The translations under genes and the position numbers were made by a program. From the IMG/VR virus record IMGVR_UViG_2846902752_000010: a DNA stretch of 64,000 bases; one strand, given 5' to 3'. Shown here one piece after another: positions 50,909 to 61,099 of this stretch; position 1 is the stretch's first letter; every line of letters starts with the position of its first letter. The DNA comes from an uncultured virus (IMG/VR IMGVR_UViG_2846902752_000010) (Duplodnaviria; Heunggongvirae; Uroviricota; Caudoviricetes). The notes under the pieces were generated by a model. The model saw nothing but the letters and a program-made list of their open reading frames with translations. It made no database searches and had not been told where the DNA came from.

Positions 50909-51349
50909 ATGTATAAGAATATTCTGGTACCGATTGACACTTCTAATAAAGCACTGGTTAACCATGTCATCCCTCACATCGAATCTCTTTCAAAGTTTGA
51001 TGACCCGCACATACATTTTTTAGTCGTTATACCAAGCTACAAAATGTTTATCGGCCTTTCATACGGCATAGAAAAAGAAATCATTACAGAAGATAATCAA
51101 CGATTGAAGTTAGCAGAAGCTGACCTTAAAAATGAAGTTTCAAAATTTAATCTTCCGGAAGATCGGGTTCATTATCATGCAATTCTTGACACTCCGATAG
51201 ATGGGATTTTGACTACCGCAGAAAAAATACACGTTGATTTAATAATCATCAGCTCAAGATCACCAAATATTTCAACCAAATATCTACTTGGGTCTACTGC
51301 ATCAGCTGTAGTCCGCTATGCAGAAACATCCGTCCTGGTTGTCCGCTAA
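50909..51349 (+). CDS. Universal stress protein (UspF/G-like)
   Basis: YKNILVPID...LLGSTASAVVRYAETSVLVVR. Confidence 0.9.
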   Translation: MYKNILVPIDTSNKALVNHVIPHIESLSKFDDPHIHFLVVIPSYKMFIGLSYGIEKEIITEDNQRLKLAEADLKNEVSKFNLPEDRVHYHAILDTPIDGILTTAEKIHVDLIIISSRSPNISTKYLLGSTASAVVRYAETSVLVVR

Positions 51350-51426
51350 TACATATCGCCCGCCATAGCGGGCTTTTTCATATACAATTATGACACTCAA
51401 TACTGTCCATATCATACCGAAGTATT

Positions 51427-51486
51427 TAGCTGTTCAGAATGACCGAACATGTAAACAGCTCAGAAGAGTTAAACCTGTAAGTTATC
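51427..51486. repeat. Palindromic inter-moron repeat, copy C
   Basis: TGTTCAGAATGACCGAACATGT...GAGTTAAACCTGTAAGTTATC. Confidence 0.65.
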
Positions 51487-51677
51487 GATACACACCAGAC
51501 TAAGATGTAAAAACACATATTATTCAATTAAATACATAATTTTTATTAGCCGTCATTAGTAGATAGGCGACGAAAATAACCTTTAATATAATTTTTAACA
51601 ATCAAACCGCATATTTACACATTTAGCCTGAATGTAAAAATTGCCTGAACTTACAAAAATTATTTGATTGAAAATAA

Positions 51678-52382
51678 TTAGTGCTGGTTTTTTTTATTCA
51701 GCTTCGCAAGGCTGTCACATGCCGACTGAAACCCACCAAAACATGCTTCATCATACAATGACTCGGCCTTTGGTTGGCTTTTTTCAACGCCTTCACCAGA
51801 GAGATGCATCTCTGCCAACTTTGCCAGTGCAAATGCATATTTTTGATCGGCCGCTTTCTTATACCACTCCGCTGCAACGCGGTAATTCTGTTCTATTCCC
51901 TTCCCGTAATAATACATTTTCGCAAGCTGGTATTGAGAAAATGCATTTCCCTGTTCAGCTGCTTTCTTATACCACTCTGCCGCTTTTAAAAAGTCCGGAT
52001 TAACTCCATCACCGTCTTCATAGATAGCACCAAGACGAAACTGAGCACCAGCATTTCCCTGCTCACCTGATTTATGAAACCACTCAATAGCCTGCCGGTA
52101 ATCCTGTTGCACTCCCTCCCCCTGAAAATACATCTCCCCCAGAGAATATTGTGCGTACTCATTACCCTGTACCGCAGCTTTTGTATACCAGTCAGCCGCC
52201 GTTTTATAATCTATGGGAGCACCATTACCGTAGTAGTAATAAGATCCGATTGTAACCTGGGCACCAGCGTCACCACCATTTGCCGCCTCGCATAATGCCG
52301 AATCCTGAGTATCGAGCTCACAATTCGCTGAGTATGCAGTATCCGTGTGAATCAAAAAAAGGCACAACAATATTTTTTTCAT
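51678..52382 (-). CDS. Secreted Sel1-repeat protein
   Basis: Signal peptide MKKILL; repeated AQYxLGxxY...G.GV..DY..A..WY.KAA.QG. Confidence 0.9.
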   Translation of the reverse strand: MKKILLCLFLIHTDTAYSANCELDTQDSALCEAANGGDAGAQVTIGSYYYYGNGAPIDYKTAADWYTKAAVQGNEYAQYSLGEMYFQGEGVQQDYRQAIEWFHKSGEQGNAGAQFRLGAIYEDGDGVNPDFLKAAEWYKKAAEQGNAFSQYQLAKMYYYGKGIEQNYRVAAEWYKKAADQKYAFALAKLAEMHLSGEGVEKSQPKAESLYDEACFGGFQSACDSLAKLNKKNQH

Positions 52383-52510
52383 AATAGTTCCCGTTTTGCA
52401 GTTAACGGAAATCATATCAAAAACAAAAATTGCAGACATAAATAACTGCGATTGTGAGGTTTCAGCTCATAAGTAATGGGTATAGGGCACCCAATGACAA
52501 TCTTTGTAAC

Positions 52511-53440
52511 TTATTTGTACAGAGAATTTTCTCCCGGAGGTCTGGTCTTAAACCTTCTGTGTGCCCACAAGTATTGGTCCGGAGCATGCATGATTTCTGC
52601 CTCAATAATCTGATTTAGTTTCTCAGCATCTGCCAGGTCATCTCCACACGGAAAATCAGCAATTTCTTTACCAATTATTAATTCATAAGGCCTCTTACCA
52701 CTTTCATTATTTCTTATCATCGTTGCAGTAAGTATCGGCGATTTCGATAATTTGGCTATAGCTGCCACTCCTTTTGATGTAGAAGCATTAGCTACCAAAA
52801 AAAAAGGGGCGAAGATAGTACCTTTAGTTCCAAAGTCCTGATCCGGAGCAAACCAAATAGCCTGCCCGCGTTTTAGTTCCGATACCATAAACTTCAGATT
52901 CTTACGGTCGATCATCCCGCTTCCGGAACGGCTTCGGCATCTTGTTTGTATATACTCCATTGCTTTATTGTTGTGGGGACGATACATAGCATTTACAGGA
53001 AAACACAGCCCCATAACTCGGCCCCCAAGTTCCAGTGACATGGAATGAATACCAATAATTAAAACACCATTATTTTTGTCATATACATCATTGAAATTAT
53101 CACAACCCTTTACTCTAAATATTTCATTAATTCTTTTGTCATTCCAGAACCAGGCAATACCGGTTTCAAATAATGCAATCCCTAAAGATGACAGATTACT
53201 TGCGACCATACTCTCTATCTGGATTTTATTTCTGTCAGGAAAACATAATTCTAAATTTTTTTTAATTATGGATACCCGCCTTTTCAGGAACAAACCAGAA
53301 AAACGACCTAACTTATCGCCTAAAAACACAAGCCATGGATAAGGCATCTGAACCAAACAGAAAAGTAATAGGATACCAATCCAGGTTAATATGTACCTTG
53401 GGTGAAGAAGCCTGATAGAAAATTTATTCAGAGAGTACAT
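52511..53440 (-). CDS. Lipid A late acyltransferase (LpxL/LpxP family)
   Basis: LLHPRY, H-x4-E (HSMSLE), APDQDFG, QYLWAHRRFKTRP. Confidence 0.9.
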   Translation of the reverse strand: MYSLNKFSIRLLHPRYILTWIGILLLFCLVQMPYPWLVFLGDKLGRFSGLFLKRRVSIIKKNLELCFPDRNKIQIESMVASNLSSLGIALFETGIAWFWNDKRINEIFRVKGCDNFNDVYDKNNGVLIIGIHSMSLELGGRVMGLCFPVNAMYRPHNNKAMEYIQTRCRSRSGSGMIDRKNLKFMVSELKRGQAIWFAPDQDFGTKGTIFAPFFLVANASTSKGVAAIAKLSKSPILTATMIRNNESGKRPYELIIGKEIADFPCGDDLADAEKLNQIIEAEIMHAPDQYLWAHRRFKTRPPGENSLYK

Positions 53441-53666
53441 TTTTTCCTGATAAGTAATAATTACTGCATAATAAAAAGGCCTGATAATATTATCAGGCCT
53501 TGGGATTTAGTTTTTTCTATTGCCTGGACAACAGCATCACCGTTTTACAAAAAATGCATTTTGCTCCATGCGGATTTGATGCGGAAACATCAAAGTGCGA
53601 AGTCCGGTATTGTGTTCCACTGCAACAGGGGCACTGAAAAAACAGTGCTATTATCATTGGTGCGCC

Positions 53667-53879
53667 TTAGAGACCCACCACATTTGATGCAGACGGACCT
53701 TTTGCCCCGTCTTCAATATTGAAAGTAACATTCTGACCTTCAAATAATGTCTTGAAGCTGTCGCTCTGGATCGCAGAGAAGTGAACAAACACATCTTTGC
53801 TGCCGTCAGCCGGAGTGATGAAGCCAAAACCTTTAGATTCGTTAAACCATTTTACTGAACCAGTCATTGTATTAGACAT
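53667..53879 (-). CDS. Cold shock protein (CspA family)
   Basis: [15 protein letters not shown]1, [12 protein letters not shown]2. Confidence 0.95.
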   Translation of the reverse strand: MSNTMTGSVKWFNESKGFGFITPADGSKDVFVHFSAIQSDSFKTLFEGQNVTFNIEDGAKGPSASNVVGL

Positions 53880-54086
53880 AGAATTTCCTTTAATTTTTTT
53901 GATTGCCATAAGGCATATGAGGTTTGTTTTTTATTTTTACTTATGGGAATTAATTAGAAGGAATTCGCAATGAAGTGGTATCGAGGATAACGCTAAATGG
54001 TGAACGACTTTAAACTGACTAGCATAAATAGGCCTGTACTTCCAAACCAGTGACGCTATTAAGCCACAGATGATCACAAATAGCAA
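53880..54086 (-). promoter_or_regulatory. cspA-like promoter, cold box and long 5' UTR
   Basis: TTGCTA-N17-CTTAAT; ACTGGTTTGGAAGTACAGGCC cold-box-like start; about 170 nt UTR. Confidence 0.7.
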
Positions 54087-54175
54087 ACTTTATTATTTTA
54101 TCCCTCAGATGTTACGTATCACTACACGTAAATCACGACTGATTTAAACAAATTATCTTATCTGTTTATCAACAT

Positions 54176-54267
54176 AAAAAAACCCCGTAAAAACGGGGTT
54201 TCAGTTTGCAATCAATACGACATAGAAATAACTCTGATCACAATAGCGTCTTTTTTACGATCGTAAA
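54176..54267 (-). promoter_or_regulatory. Late promoter pR' and terminator tR'
   Basis: TTTACG...TATTGT at Q 3' end, then AAACCCCGT/ACGGGGTTT hairpin with T tract. Confidence 0.6.
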
Positions 54268-54692
54268 GTATTAATTTTTAAATCATGTAATTTGTTCATA
54301 AATGTCCGCATACCTCCACGATGTGATGTAGCGTCCATTTCCAGTTTTACATCTCCCATTATGAGCATTCCTTCCACCAGCCCTTCTGCCTTCTGGAGTT
54401 TTTTCCCTATGTGAGTGTCTGAGCACCCGTATTTCTTCGCCAACCGGATAAACGTTTTACCGAAAACATAGTAGTCAAAAAGCAGATCATGCATATCACT
54501 GTTACGGATATTCAGTTTTGCCATAATGCCGGATATCACCAGAGCATCATCATCACTGCATGATTGCCGACTCTTAACTTTTTCAGGGATCAGCCCTTTA
54601 AACCCGGCAGCTATTGGTGACCAATATACTGATTCCTGATTATCAACAACCCAAGCCCCCCACCGTTCTAACACCTGGCGAATATCACGCAT
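54255..54692 (-). CDS. Late antiterminator Q
   Basis: [28 protein letters not shown]. Confidence 0.9.
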   Translation of the reverse strand: MRDIRQVLERWGAWVVDNQESVYWSPIAAGFKGLIPEKVKSRQSCSDDDALVISGIMAKLNIRNSDMHDLLFDYYVFGKTFIRLAKKYGCSDTHIGKKLQKAEGLVEGMLIMGDVKLEMDATSHRGGMRTFMNKLHDLKINTLRS

Positions 54693-54812
54693 ACATTACC
54701 TCGTTATTTTGCAGGCTATGAGATTTAATATCTTCCGATAAAACAGAAATGACGCTTCCCGTATAGTTGCCCTGAAGAGTAGTGTTGCTCCAATGTTCCT
54801 CTCTCATTGTTC

Positions 54813-54992
54813 TCACTCCTGTATGCCTTTCATCTCGAACTCGGTCATAAGCACACCGATGTAGATTATGTACGCTTCGCACCAGGTATCCCGGTGAAAC
54901 GTCCTGACTGTGTACCGGTTTATTTTCAACTCAGTCGCCAGTGACGCCTGATTACCGTAGTGTTCAGGTATCGGTGTAATTTCAGGTCTCAC
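54813..54992 (-). CDS. NinH-like protein (59 aa, possibly degenerate)
   Basis: Manual translation: …IPEHYGNQASLATELKINRYTV…GVLM; follows ninG. Confidence 0.55.
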   Translation of the reverse strand: MRPEITPIPEHYGNQASLATELKINRYTVRTFHRDTWCEAYIIYIGVLMTEFEMKGIQE

Positions 54993-55611
54993 GCTTTAAC
55001 ACCCTCACTTTCGCACGGTACTCATCGCGTATACGGATATAGTCTTCCCGCTTCCAGTGCGGTATCTCATGCGGACCGCGTAACCAGTCAACTAACTCCT
55101 GTCCAAATTTTTCAATCAGCCGTAACTCGTATTTCTGCGTTACAGTGTTATTTTTGTGTGAGAATTTACCGGCCCCCGCATTGCATGATTTACATTGCTT
55201 GTAGGCATTTCGCTCCTCAAACCGCAGCTCAGGATGTGACCCGACAGACAGAAAATGACCGCAGTCCCACTGCCCACCATGTAAATCAGGCGGATTAGGT
55301 TCACCACAGCTGATGCATGGTTCATCGCGGTCTCTGAGTCTGATGAATTGGTTAAACGCTGTTTGTGCTTGCTGCCTGAAATATGAGGTAGGTTTTACTG
55401 CTAACTTGCGGATTTTTAATTTATCTTTTGCTTCACGTTCTTTTTGCTGCTGCTCCTTTCTTAATTTGGCTTCAGCCTTTTCCCTTTCCCTGCTTCGTCG
55501 CTTTATTGCCAACTCAGCACCATGCTCCGGACAGCACCACCATTCGTTACTAAACTTCGGGTGAAACCAGTCGCGGCATATCAGGCATTTTCGCCTTGGC
55601 CACTTAACCAT
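54982..55611 (-). CDS. ninG: NinG/Rap endonuclease
   Basis: CLIC, PCISCG, WDCGHF, QCKSCN. Confidence 0.9.
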   Translation of the reverse strand: MVKWPRRKCLICRDWFHPKFSNEWWCCPEHGAELAIKRRSREREKAEAKLRKEQQQKEREAKDKLKIRKLAVKPTSYFRQQAQTAFNQFIRLRDRDEPCISCGEPNPPDLHGGQWDCGHFLSVGSHPELRFEERNAYKQCKSCNAGAGKFSHKNNTVTQKYELRLIEKFGQELVDWLRGPHEIPHWKREDYIRIRDEYRAKVRVLKRET

Positions 55612-55720
55612 ACTCCTCCTTCAGTTCGATAAATATATGATTGCAAAAAACTTCGATTAACGGCGATAAAGTGTTCTACTATTAATGATGAGATGTTAAT
55701 TCTTCATAAAGGAGTTGGTT

Positions 55721-56164
55721 ATGCATAAAGTTATTCTTGTACCTATAGACCTAAATCATAACTATTTGACCGACAAGGTCATTTCTGAAATCAATGAATT
55801 CTCAGTAAATAAAAATACACATTTTTATTTCTTGACGGTCATTTCCCCCGCCGAAAAATATAATGAGTATGGTGTTGGATACCCGATGATCACTGAAGAT
55901 ACAAAATTCGAAGATGAAACATCTAAGACCATTGAAAAAGAACTAAAAGAAGTTGTAAGTAAATTCAGTATCCCCGATAACCAGGTATCCCTGCTCGTTA
56001 AGATTGGTAGTGCTGCCGACATCATAATCGACGTATCTCAACAGATTAAAGCTGACCTTATTATTATTGGCTCCCGCAATCCAAGCTTTAAAACACATAT
56101 CCTTGGTTCAACTGCTTCATCGTTAGCACATTACGCAAAAACATCCGTATTTATAGTAAGATAA
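55721..56164 (+). CDS. Universal stress protein (second copy, in nin region)
   Basis: ILVPID...ADLIIIGS...LGSTASSL...SVFIVR. Confidence 0.88.
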   Translation: MHKVILVPIDLNHNYLTDKVISEINEFSVNKNTHFYFLTVISPAEKYNEYGVGYPMITEDTKFEDETSKTIEKELKEVVSKFSIPDNQVSLLVKIGSAADIIIDVSQQIKADLIIIGSRNPSFKTHILGSTASSLAHYAKTSVFIVR

Positions 56165-56191
56165 CGCATGTTACGCTGCGGGAAACTGTCT

Positions 56192-56602
56192 TTATAAACA
56201 GCGCACTTCCCGCAGCATTGCGTCCATCCTGGTTATAATCGACTGTCCGAAACCCGGCTCAATGTATGCTTTGCTGACCACCTTTCCGCAAAATTCGATT
56301 CGCTTTCTCTCACTCTGCTCACCACCCGGCATTAACTCACCACGGGAATCACAAACGTAGCGATACAGCCTGGTGACAGCATCCGGCGATATAGCAAATA
56401 ACGGACTCACATGGCGGTTATGCCTCGTTATACCAACCTTTCGCAAACATCCGATATACAGCATTTTGTTGGTAAACCACTTAATGAACTCTGTCGAGTT
56501 TCCTGTGCGCAGTCCGGCCTCGTGATTGGTGAACGAATCCAGATCGCGACATGCCCTGATTATGTCAACGCATACTTTGAATTGTTCGTCATTCATCGCC
56601 AC
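56192..56602 (-). CDS. Hypothetical nin-region protein
   Basis: Overlapping early operon ORF. Confidence 0.6.
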   Translation of the reverse strand: MAMNDEQFKVCVDIIRACRDLDSFTNHEAGLRTGNSTEFIKWFTNKMLYIGCLRKVGITRHNRHVSPLFAISPDAVTRLYRYVCDSRGELMPGGEQSERKRIEFCGKVVSKAYIEPGFGQSIITRMDAMLREVRCL

Positions 56603-56790
56603 ATCCTGTTAATCATTGCCCGTGGTGTTGGTTTCAGATATCTGACTACCGGCAGATACACGGTGACGTCGAAATACTGAGGATTGATATTCAGTGATTT
56701 CACCGGGTTATACCCCTTACGCCTGTAGTAAATGCAGAGATTATCGGCTTCGTCATTGGTGAGAAGTCGGTGTATGTGCTGTTCTTTCAT
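56593..56790 (-). CDS. Small hypothetical nin-region protein
   Basis: RBS GGA; conserved-looking phage ORF. Confidence 0.6.
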   Translation of the reverse strand: MKEQHIHRLLTNDEADNLCIYYRRKGYNPVKSLNINPQYFDVTVYLPVVRYLKPTPRAMINRMWR

Positions 56791-56801
56791 ACGTCCTGCT
56801 C

Positions 56802-57245
56802 CTATTCCTGATGTCCGTAATGATTAAACCTGTATCGCGCGGCGCGGGGTTTTATACCTTCACCTATAGCCCACGCCTGCGAATATTCGATTAAGCTTGT
56901 CATGCGCTTCTTACTCATGTTTGCGGTACTTTCTCTTGCCAGTGGTACAATCTCTCCCTCAAGTCCCGGAATAAGCGTCCCGTCACGGCCTGTCGCCTTT
57001 GCATGTCCGGATACGAAAATACATTTCCAGTCCTGCAATCCCCACGTATTACCAGCCCATACAATGCCCTGCTCTGCTACGTTGCCGCACAGCGCATGAA
57101 ACATGTCATTTTGGGGAAGGGTTCGCTTCGGATCGGATATTTTTACTTCGAGGGGGAATTCTTCGTTAAGCGGGAGATTGTCGAGCTCTGCCTTGAGATT
57201 TCTGAGTATCTGTATATTCCTGAGAAGGAATGTCTGTTTTTGCAT
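56802..57245 (-). CDS. ninB: NinB/Orf recombination protein
   Basis: KRTLPQN..FHA, STANMSK..M..LIE. Confidence 0.85.
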   Translation of the reverse strand: MQKQTFLLRNIQILRNLKAELDNLPLNEEFPLEVKISDPKRTLPQNDMFHALCGNVAEQGIVWAGNTWGLQDWKCIFVSGHAKATGRDGTLIPGLEGEIVPLARESTANMSKKRMTSLIEYSQAWAIGEGIKPRAARYRFNHYGHQE

Positions 57246-57304
57246 TCAGCCTCCTGAGGTTATCGGTTGCCGTTAGTTTCTTGCGGGTGTATTTTAATTT
57301 CATC

Positions 57305-57380
<76 letters not shown>

Positions 57381-57382
57381 TT

Positions 57383-57457
<75 letters not shown>

Positions 57458-57493
57458 ATCATTTCAAAAAGTCTCCTGTCCTGGGTTATGACG

Positions 57494-58222
57494 CTACTTA
57501 ACCTGCCTGCGGAAGCTTTCCCATGTGAAATTGATAACGGTCGGCGAACCCATTCTCAGGCGGTCAATAACCCGATCACCCAATGCTTTTGCCAGTTCGT
57601 CAAAATTGAGATTGGTCAGCACACCTACCGGTTTTTTATTCGATAACCGGCGGTCTACCACCTGAAAAATAATCAGTTCTTCGTTCAGGTTATTGCGCTG
57701 CACGCCAACATCATCCAGCACCAGTAAATCCACTTCACACAGGTCGCTGATCAGCTGCGACTCAGTAGTTTTTGCCCCTTTCTGGTATGTCTCACGGACA
57801 CGCATCATCAGGTCTGGCAGAGTGGCAATCAGAATGCTTTTCCCGTTCCGGATTATCTGGTTGCCGATAGCCGCTGCCAGATGGTTTTTACCGGTGCCGG
57901 GATTACCGCTGAAAATAAATCCGCCAAATGATTTACCAAACTCAGATGCGTACTGCTGTGATTTACTGAGTGCCCGCTGTTGTTCCGGCGTTGTCACCAG
58001 ATAGTTCTCAAACGTGCATTCCTGGTGTAACGGGCTGATACCGGAACGCCCCATGATTTTATGCAGTCGAGCCACACGGTTTTCGTCAGCAATCCGTTTC
58101 GCATCGATAGCGCCCTGCTCACGCTGCCACGCCATCAGCTCAGCGGCATTCGTGAATTTTGGCTTGATGTGCTCCGGCTTCATGCGGTTAAACCTCGCCA
58201 GAGTCTGTGCTGCTGTTGCCAT
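57494..58222 (-). CDS. DnaC-like helicase loader (IstB-like ATPase)
   Basis: GNPGTGKNHLA, LLVLDDVG, DRVIDRL. Confidence 0.9.
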   Translation of the reverse strand: MATAAQTLARFNRMKPEHIKPKFTNAAELMAWQREQGAIDAKRIADENRVARLHKIMGRSGISPLHQECTFENYLVTTPEQQRALSKSQQYASEFGKSFGGFIFSGNPGTGKNHLAAAIGNQIIRNGKSILIATLPDLMMRVRETYQKGAKTTESQLISDLCEVDLLVLDDVGVQRNNLNEELIIFQVVDRRLSNKKPVGVLTNLNFDELAKALGDRVIDRLRMGSPTVINFTWESFRRQVK

Positions 58223-59013
58223 CAGAAGTCCTCCGGTATGAATTGCTGAACACGCTTAGGCCGGACAATGCGCGGCCGTGTTGGTGGTGATTTCGGCATA
58301 AACAAGCCAGTCCAGCCGTTTGATATCGATTCGTCGATTACGCTCTCAGGTGTATACCCTGCCTCGTAAAATTTAGTCAGCCTGGATATCAGCCCGTTTA
58401 GTGTCTGTTTTGTCTTGATCGGTTTTTTCAGATCTTTCCGGTAGGTAACCCAGTTCACCCAGGTATCACGGCTCAACCAGTCAGGCAGCTGGTGTGCATT
58501 TGCATCAAAGGGTTCTGGCTTTGCCGGTTTTTCAGGTTTAGGGGATATAGGGGTATATATATTTTCTTTTTTCTTTAAAGTATTTCTTTTGTGTGTCTCC
58601 AAACCAGAGACATCATTTGTCTCTAACTTAGAGACTTTTTTTGTCTCCAGATTAGAGACAGTGTCTCTAAGTTGATTTTTCCACGCCGAAACCTCCTTGT
58701 TAACCCCAATCTTATTGCCATCTTTCACGATGTAATTCATTGAAATTAATTCGTTCTTTGCCTTGTTAACGTTCTGACGGGACAGGCCGGTAATTTCTGA
58801 CAGCTGAGAATCTGCTATCCGGTCATTTTTCTTCCCGAACCCGTATGTTTTTCTGATCAGTGCCAACATTACCCGGAACTGTCTGGCTGTCAGATTGCAG
58901 CATGAAAGAGACTCCAGCAGTTCGTTGGCGAGTTTAGTGTAACCATCGTCCAGGTCTGCCACTCGTGGTTGCTCCTGCTTAACAGGGAATTCATACACTT
59001 CCGCTGTATTCAT
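58222..59013 (-). CDS. Replication initiator O-like
   Basis: VADLDDGYTKLAN, IRKTYGFGKK. Confidence 0.9.
   Translation of the reverse strand: MNTAEVYEFPVKQEQPRVADLDDGYTKLANELLESLSCCNLTARQFRVMLALIRKTYGFGKKNDRIADSQLSEITGLSRQNVNKAKNELISMNYIVKDGNKIGVNKEVSAWKNQLRDTVSNLETKKVSKLETNDVSGLETHKRNTLKKKENIYTPISPKPEKPAKPEPFDANAHQLPDWLSRDTWVNWVTYRKDLKKPIKTKQTLNGLISRLTKFYEAGYTPESVIDESISNGWTGLFMPKSPPTRPRIVRPKRVQQFIPEDF
58553..58677. repeat. Phage ori: iterons plus AT-rich tract
   Basis: TGTCTC-N6-AGAGAC at 58594, 58618, 58642 and a half site at 58662, inside O next to an AT-rich stretch. Confidence 0.85.
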
Positions 59014-59117
59014 AGCGACCTCCATATCTTTGTTTTGTAATTACTTTCATGTATAATTACTCCGTTAATTGCTGTATCAAAAAAGGGAAACTTTATGTTT
59101 CCCTCTTTTCAACAACA

Positions 59118-59133
59118 CTGGCTATTGATACAG
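59118..59133. promoter_or_regulatory. LexA box at oop-like promoter antisense to cII
   Basis: CTGGCTATTGATACAG followed by TATAAA between cII and O, as at lambda pO. Confidence 0.6.
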
Positions 59134-59154
59134 TATAAATATTAAGTGCTTTTC

Positions 59155-59481
59155 TTAATGCGCCTCTGCTGCTCCAACAGTCGGGGCATTTTCTTTGATT
59201 CTCATCTGAGAGAGTTCACCAATCTGCTTCCACAGAAACCGATACTCCTCCTCACTGATTTTTCTTTCGCCAGGCAAAACAAAATCCCTGATACCGGCTG
59301 CGGCCAATGTCTCGCATATCTCCGGTAACTTTTCTGTTCTGCGCAGGATTGTTGAATCGTGAACACCGAGTAGTTTTGCAACGACCGTCTGTGTGGTGTT
59401 TCTGATTGCCTGATGAGCGGTTGTCATCAGATGATTTGACACAAACCGGTTGAACGATTTGCGTGGATTTGCATTTTCCAT
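59155..59481 (-). CDS. CII transcriptional activator
   Basis: MENAN start, QTVVAKLLGVHDSTILR HTH; between cro and O. Confidence 0.8.
   Translation of the reverse strand: MENANPRKSFNRFVSNHLMTTAHQAIRNTTQTVVAKLLGVHDSTILRRTEKLPEICETLAAAGIRDFVLPGERKISEEEYRFLWKQIGELSQMRIKENAPTVGAAEAH
59459..59472 (+). promoter_or_regulatory. pRE CII-binding site
   Basis: TTGC-N6-TTGC overlapping cII start. Confidence 0.8.
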
Positions 59482-59549
59482 AATGTAAATTCCTTTTGGT
59501 ATAGATAGTCCGTAGCTCACATCCTGTGAGGTAGTTTTATATGTAAATC

Positions 59550-59604
59550 GTCACTTTATCAGTGACTCCGTAGCAGCTAACAGCTCTGCGATTGTTAAAG
59601 AACC
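59550..59604 (-). promoter_or_regulatory. nutR (boxA + boxB)
   Basis: GGTTCTTTAACAA boxA; GTCAC-TGATAAA-GTGAC boxB. Confidence 0.75.
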
Positions 59605-59611
59605 AGGGTAA

Positions 59612-59821
59612 CTACATATACCTCTGCGGATACAAAATCTGCATTTCAGTGATTTTTTTTTCGTAAAATTTCACCAATTTTTCAGCAATCTCAAGTGATG
59701 CCGTCTGAGCGCCACGCTCCAAACGACTGAGGTTCCCGACATCGTAGTTAATTGCGGCCGCCACCTCTGCAATTGTTAATTGCTTTTCCAAACGAATTTT
59801 CCTTAAAGGCGTTATTTGCAT
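59612..59821 (-). CDS. Cro-like HTH repressor
   Basis: HTH_XRE divergent from cI. Confidence 0.85.
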   Translation of the reverse strand: MQITPLRKIRLEKQLTIAEVAAAINYDVGNLSRLERGAQTASLEIAEKLVKFYEKKITEMQILYPQRYM

Positions 59822-59838
59822 ATCTCACTCCACCTTGA

Positions 59839-59900
59839 ATGCGCCATACGCATATTAACATATACTTTGATATGCGCAATACGCTTTGTGTGAGACGCAT
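59839..59900. promoter_or_regulatory. oR operators
   Basis: Three 15-bp ATGCG-N5-CGCAT-like sites at 59839, 59872 and 59886. Confidence 0.75.
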
Positions 59901-59908
59901 AAATAAAG

Positions 59909-60568
59909 TTGAATGATAATATGAAAATAGGAACAAAAATTAGAGCTCTCAGAAAACAGAAGGGATTAACAATCCTGCAATTAGCCACTGCTATTGATAG
60001 CGACGTGGGGAATATCTCTCGCCTTGAAAGGAATATCCAAGGCTACTCCGAGAGCACATTAACAAAAATTGCGGCTGCTCTTGGTGTCACGGTAGCCGAC
60101 CTATTCTCCGATACCACTACACAGCAACAAGATGATAATGTTGAGTTTGTTGGATTCGTCCCCAATGGCATGGTTAAAGTAGTTGGGGAAGCATTCCTGG
60201 GGATTGATGGCGCAGTGGATATGATAGAGGCCCTTGAGGGATGGGTTCAAATTTACAGCGATGATAAGGACGCTTATGCCCTCAAAGTTAAGGGTGACAG
60301 TATGTGGCCCAGGATTCAGTCAGGTGAGTATGTGGTTGTTGAGCCCAACACAGTAGTCAGATCCGGCGATGAGGTCTTTGTGCGCACTGTTGAAGGTAAG
60401 AATATGGTAAAAATACTGAATAAAACCAGAGATGGTAGTTACCAATTCACCAGCGTCAACAATACTCACCCGCCAATCACAGTTGATCCACGTGAAGTGG
60501 AAAAAATGCATTATGTGGCAGCGATTGTAAAGCCGACTAAGTTTATCGATAAGTGCGAACAATCATAA
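59909..60568 (+). CDS. CI repressor (HTH + S24 peptidase)
   Basis: N-terminal HTH; VKGDSM Ser and VK Lys. Confidence 0.92.
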   Translation: MNDNMKIGTKIRALRKQKGLTILQLATAIDSDVGNISRLERNIQGYSESTLTKIAAALGVTVADLFSDTTTQQQDDNVEFVGFVPNGMVKVVGEAFLGIDGAVDMIEALEGWVQIYSDDKDAYALKVKGDSMWPRIQSGEYVVVEPNTVVRSGDEVFVRTVEGKNMVKILNKTRDGSYQFTSVNNTHPPITVDPREVEKMHYVAAIVKPTKFIDKCEQS

Positions 60569-60606
60569 GCCAGTACTGATAATCAAACGAGTTCTAAGGA
60601 CAAACT

Positions 60607-60948
60607 ATGGCATTCAATGACACTGAAGTCGTACAAATTAAACAATGTATGAACTATTTCATGGAAAAGCGTCGTCCACCAAAGCATATCCGAGATGAAC
60701 ATGACCTTCAGTATCGTATTGAAGACGATAGCGTAATCATTTTCGAGGTTAGACAACTGTCCTGGAGTACCGGGCGTGCAGAAGAAATGCTGGCCAAAAT
60801 AACAAACAACAGGAACAGCAACTCGTGGTCCCTGTTCTGGTCTACTGATAATAATGAATGGCGACACTACGACGGCCGAATGATAGGCAGTTTTTCTGAC
60901 GCAATAAAAATTATTGATGAAGATGCAAATCATCGATTCTTTGGCTGA
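60607..60948 (+). CDS. DUF3024-like protein downstream of cI
   Basis: RRPPKHIRDE...WSLFW...W..Y...IDED...FFG. Confidence 0.7.
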   Translation: MAFNDTEVVQIKQCMNYFMEKRRPPKHIRDEHDLQYRIEDDSVIIFEVRQLSWSTGRAEEMLAKITNNRNSNSWSLFWSTDNNEWRHYDGRMIGSFSDAIKIIDEDANHRFFG

Positions 60949-61099
60949 CAGCCTGATGACATATTTTAAAGTAAGGTGGTAGGTATAGAAATACATAATA
61001 AGGATATGACAGTGATAAAAGTTGGCAGGGCTATCCTGGCGGTGAACGCATAGGTGAAGGGCAGCATAACCCCAGCCCTCCCCGCGAGAGCTTTTTGTA

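Noticed and set aside
49098..51486. CRISPR array or integron attC sites
   Set aside because: Copies are degenerate and 0.8-1.5 kb apart; no cas or intI seen
54685..54882. 65-aa ORF before Q
   Set aside because: Overlaps the ninH-like frame; probably a degenerate small nin gene
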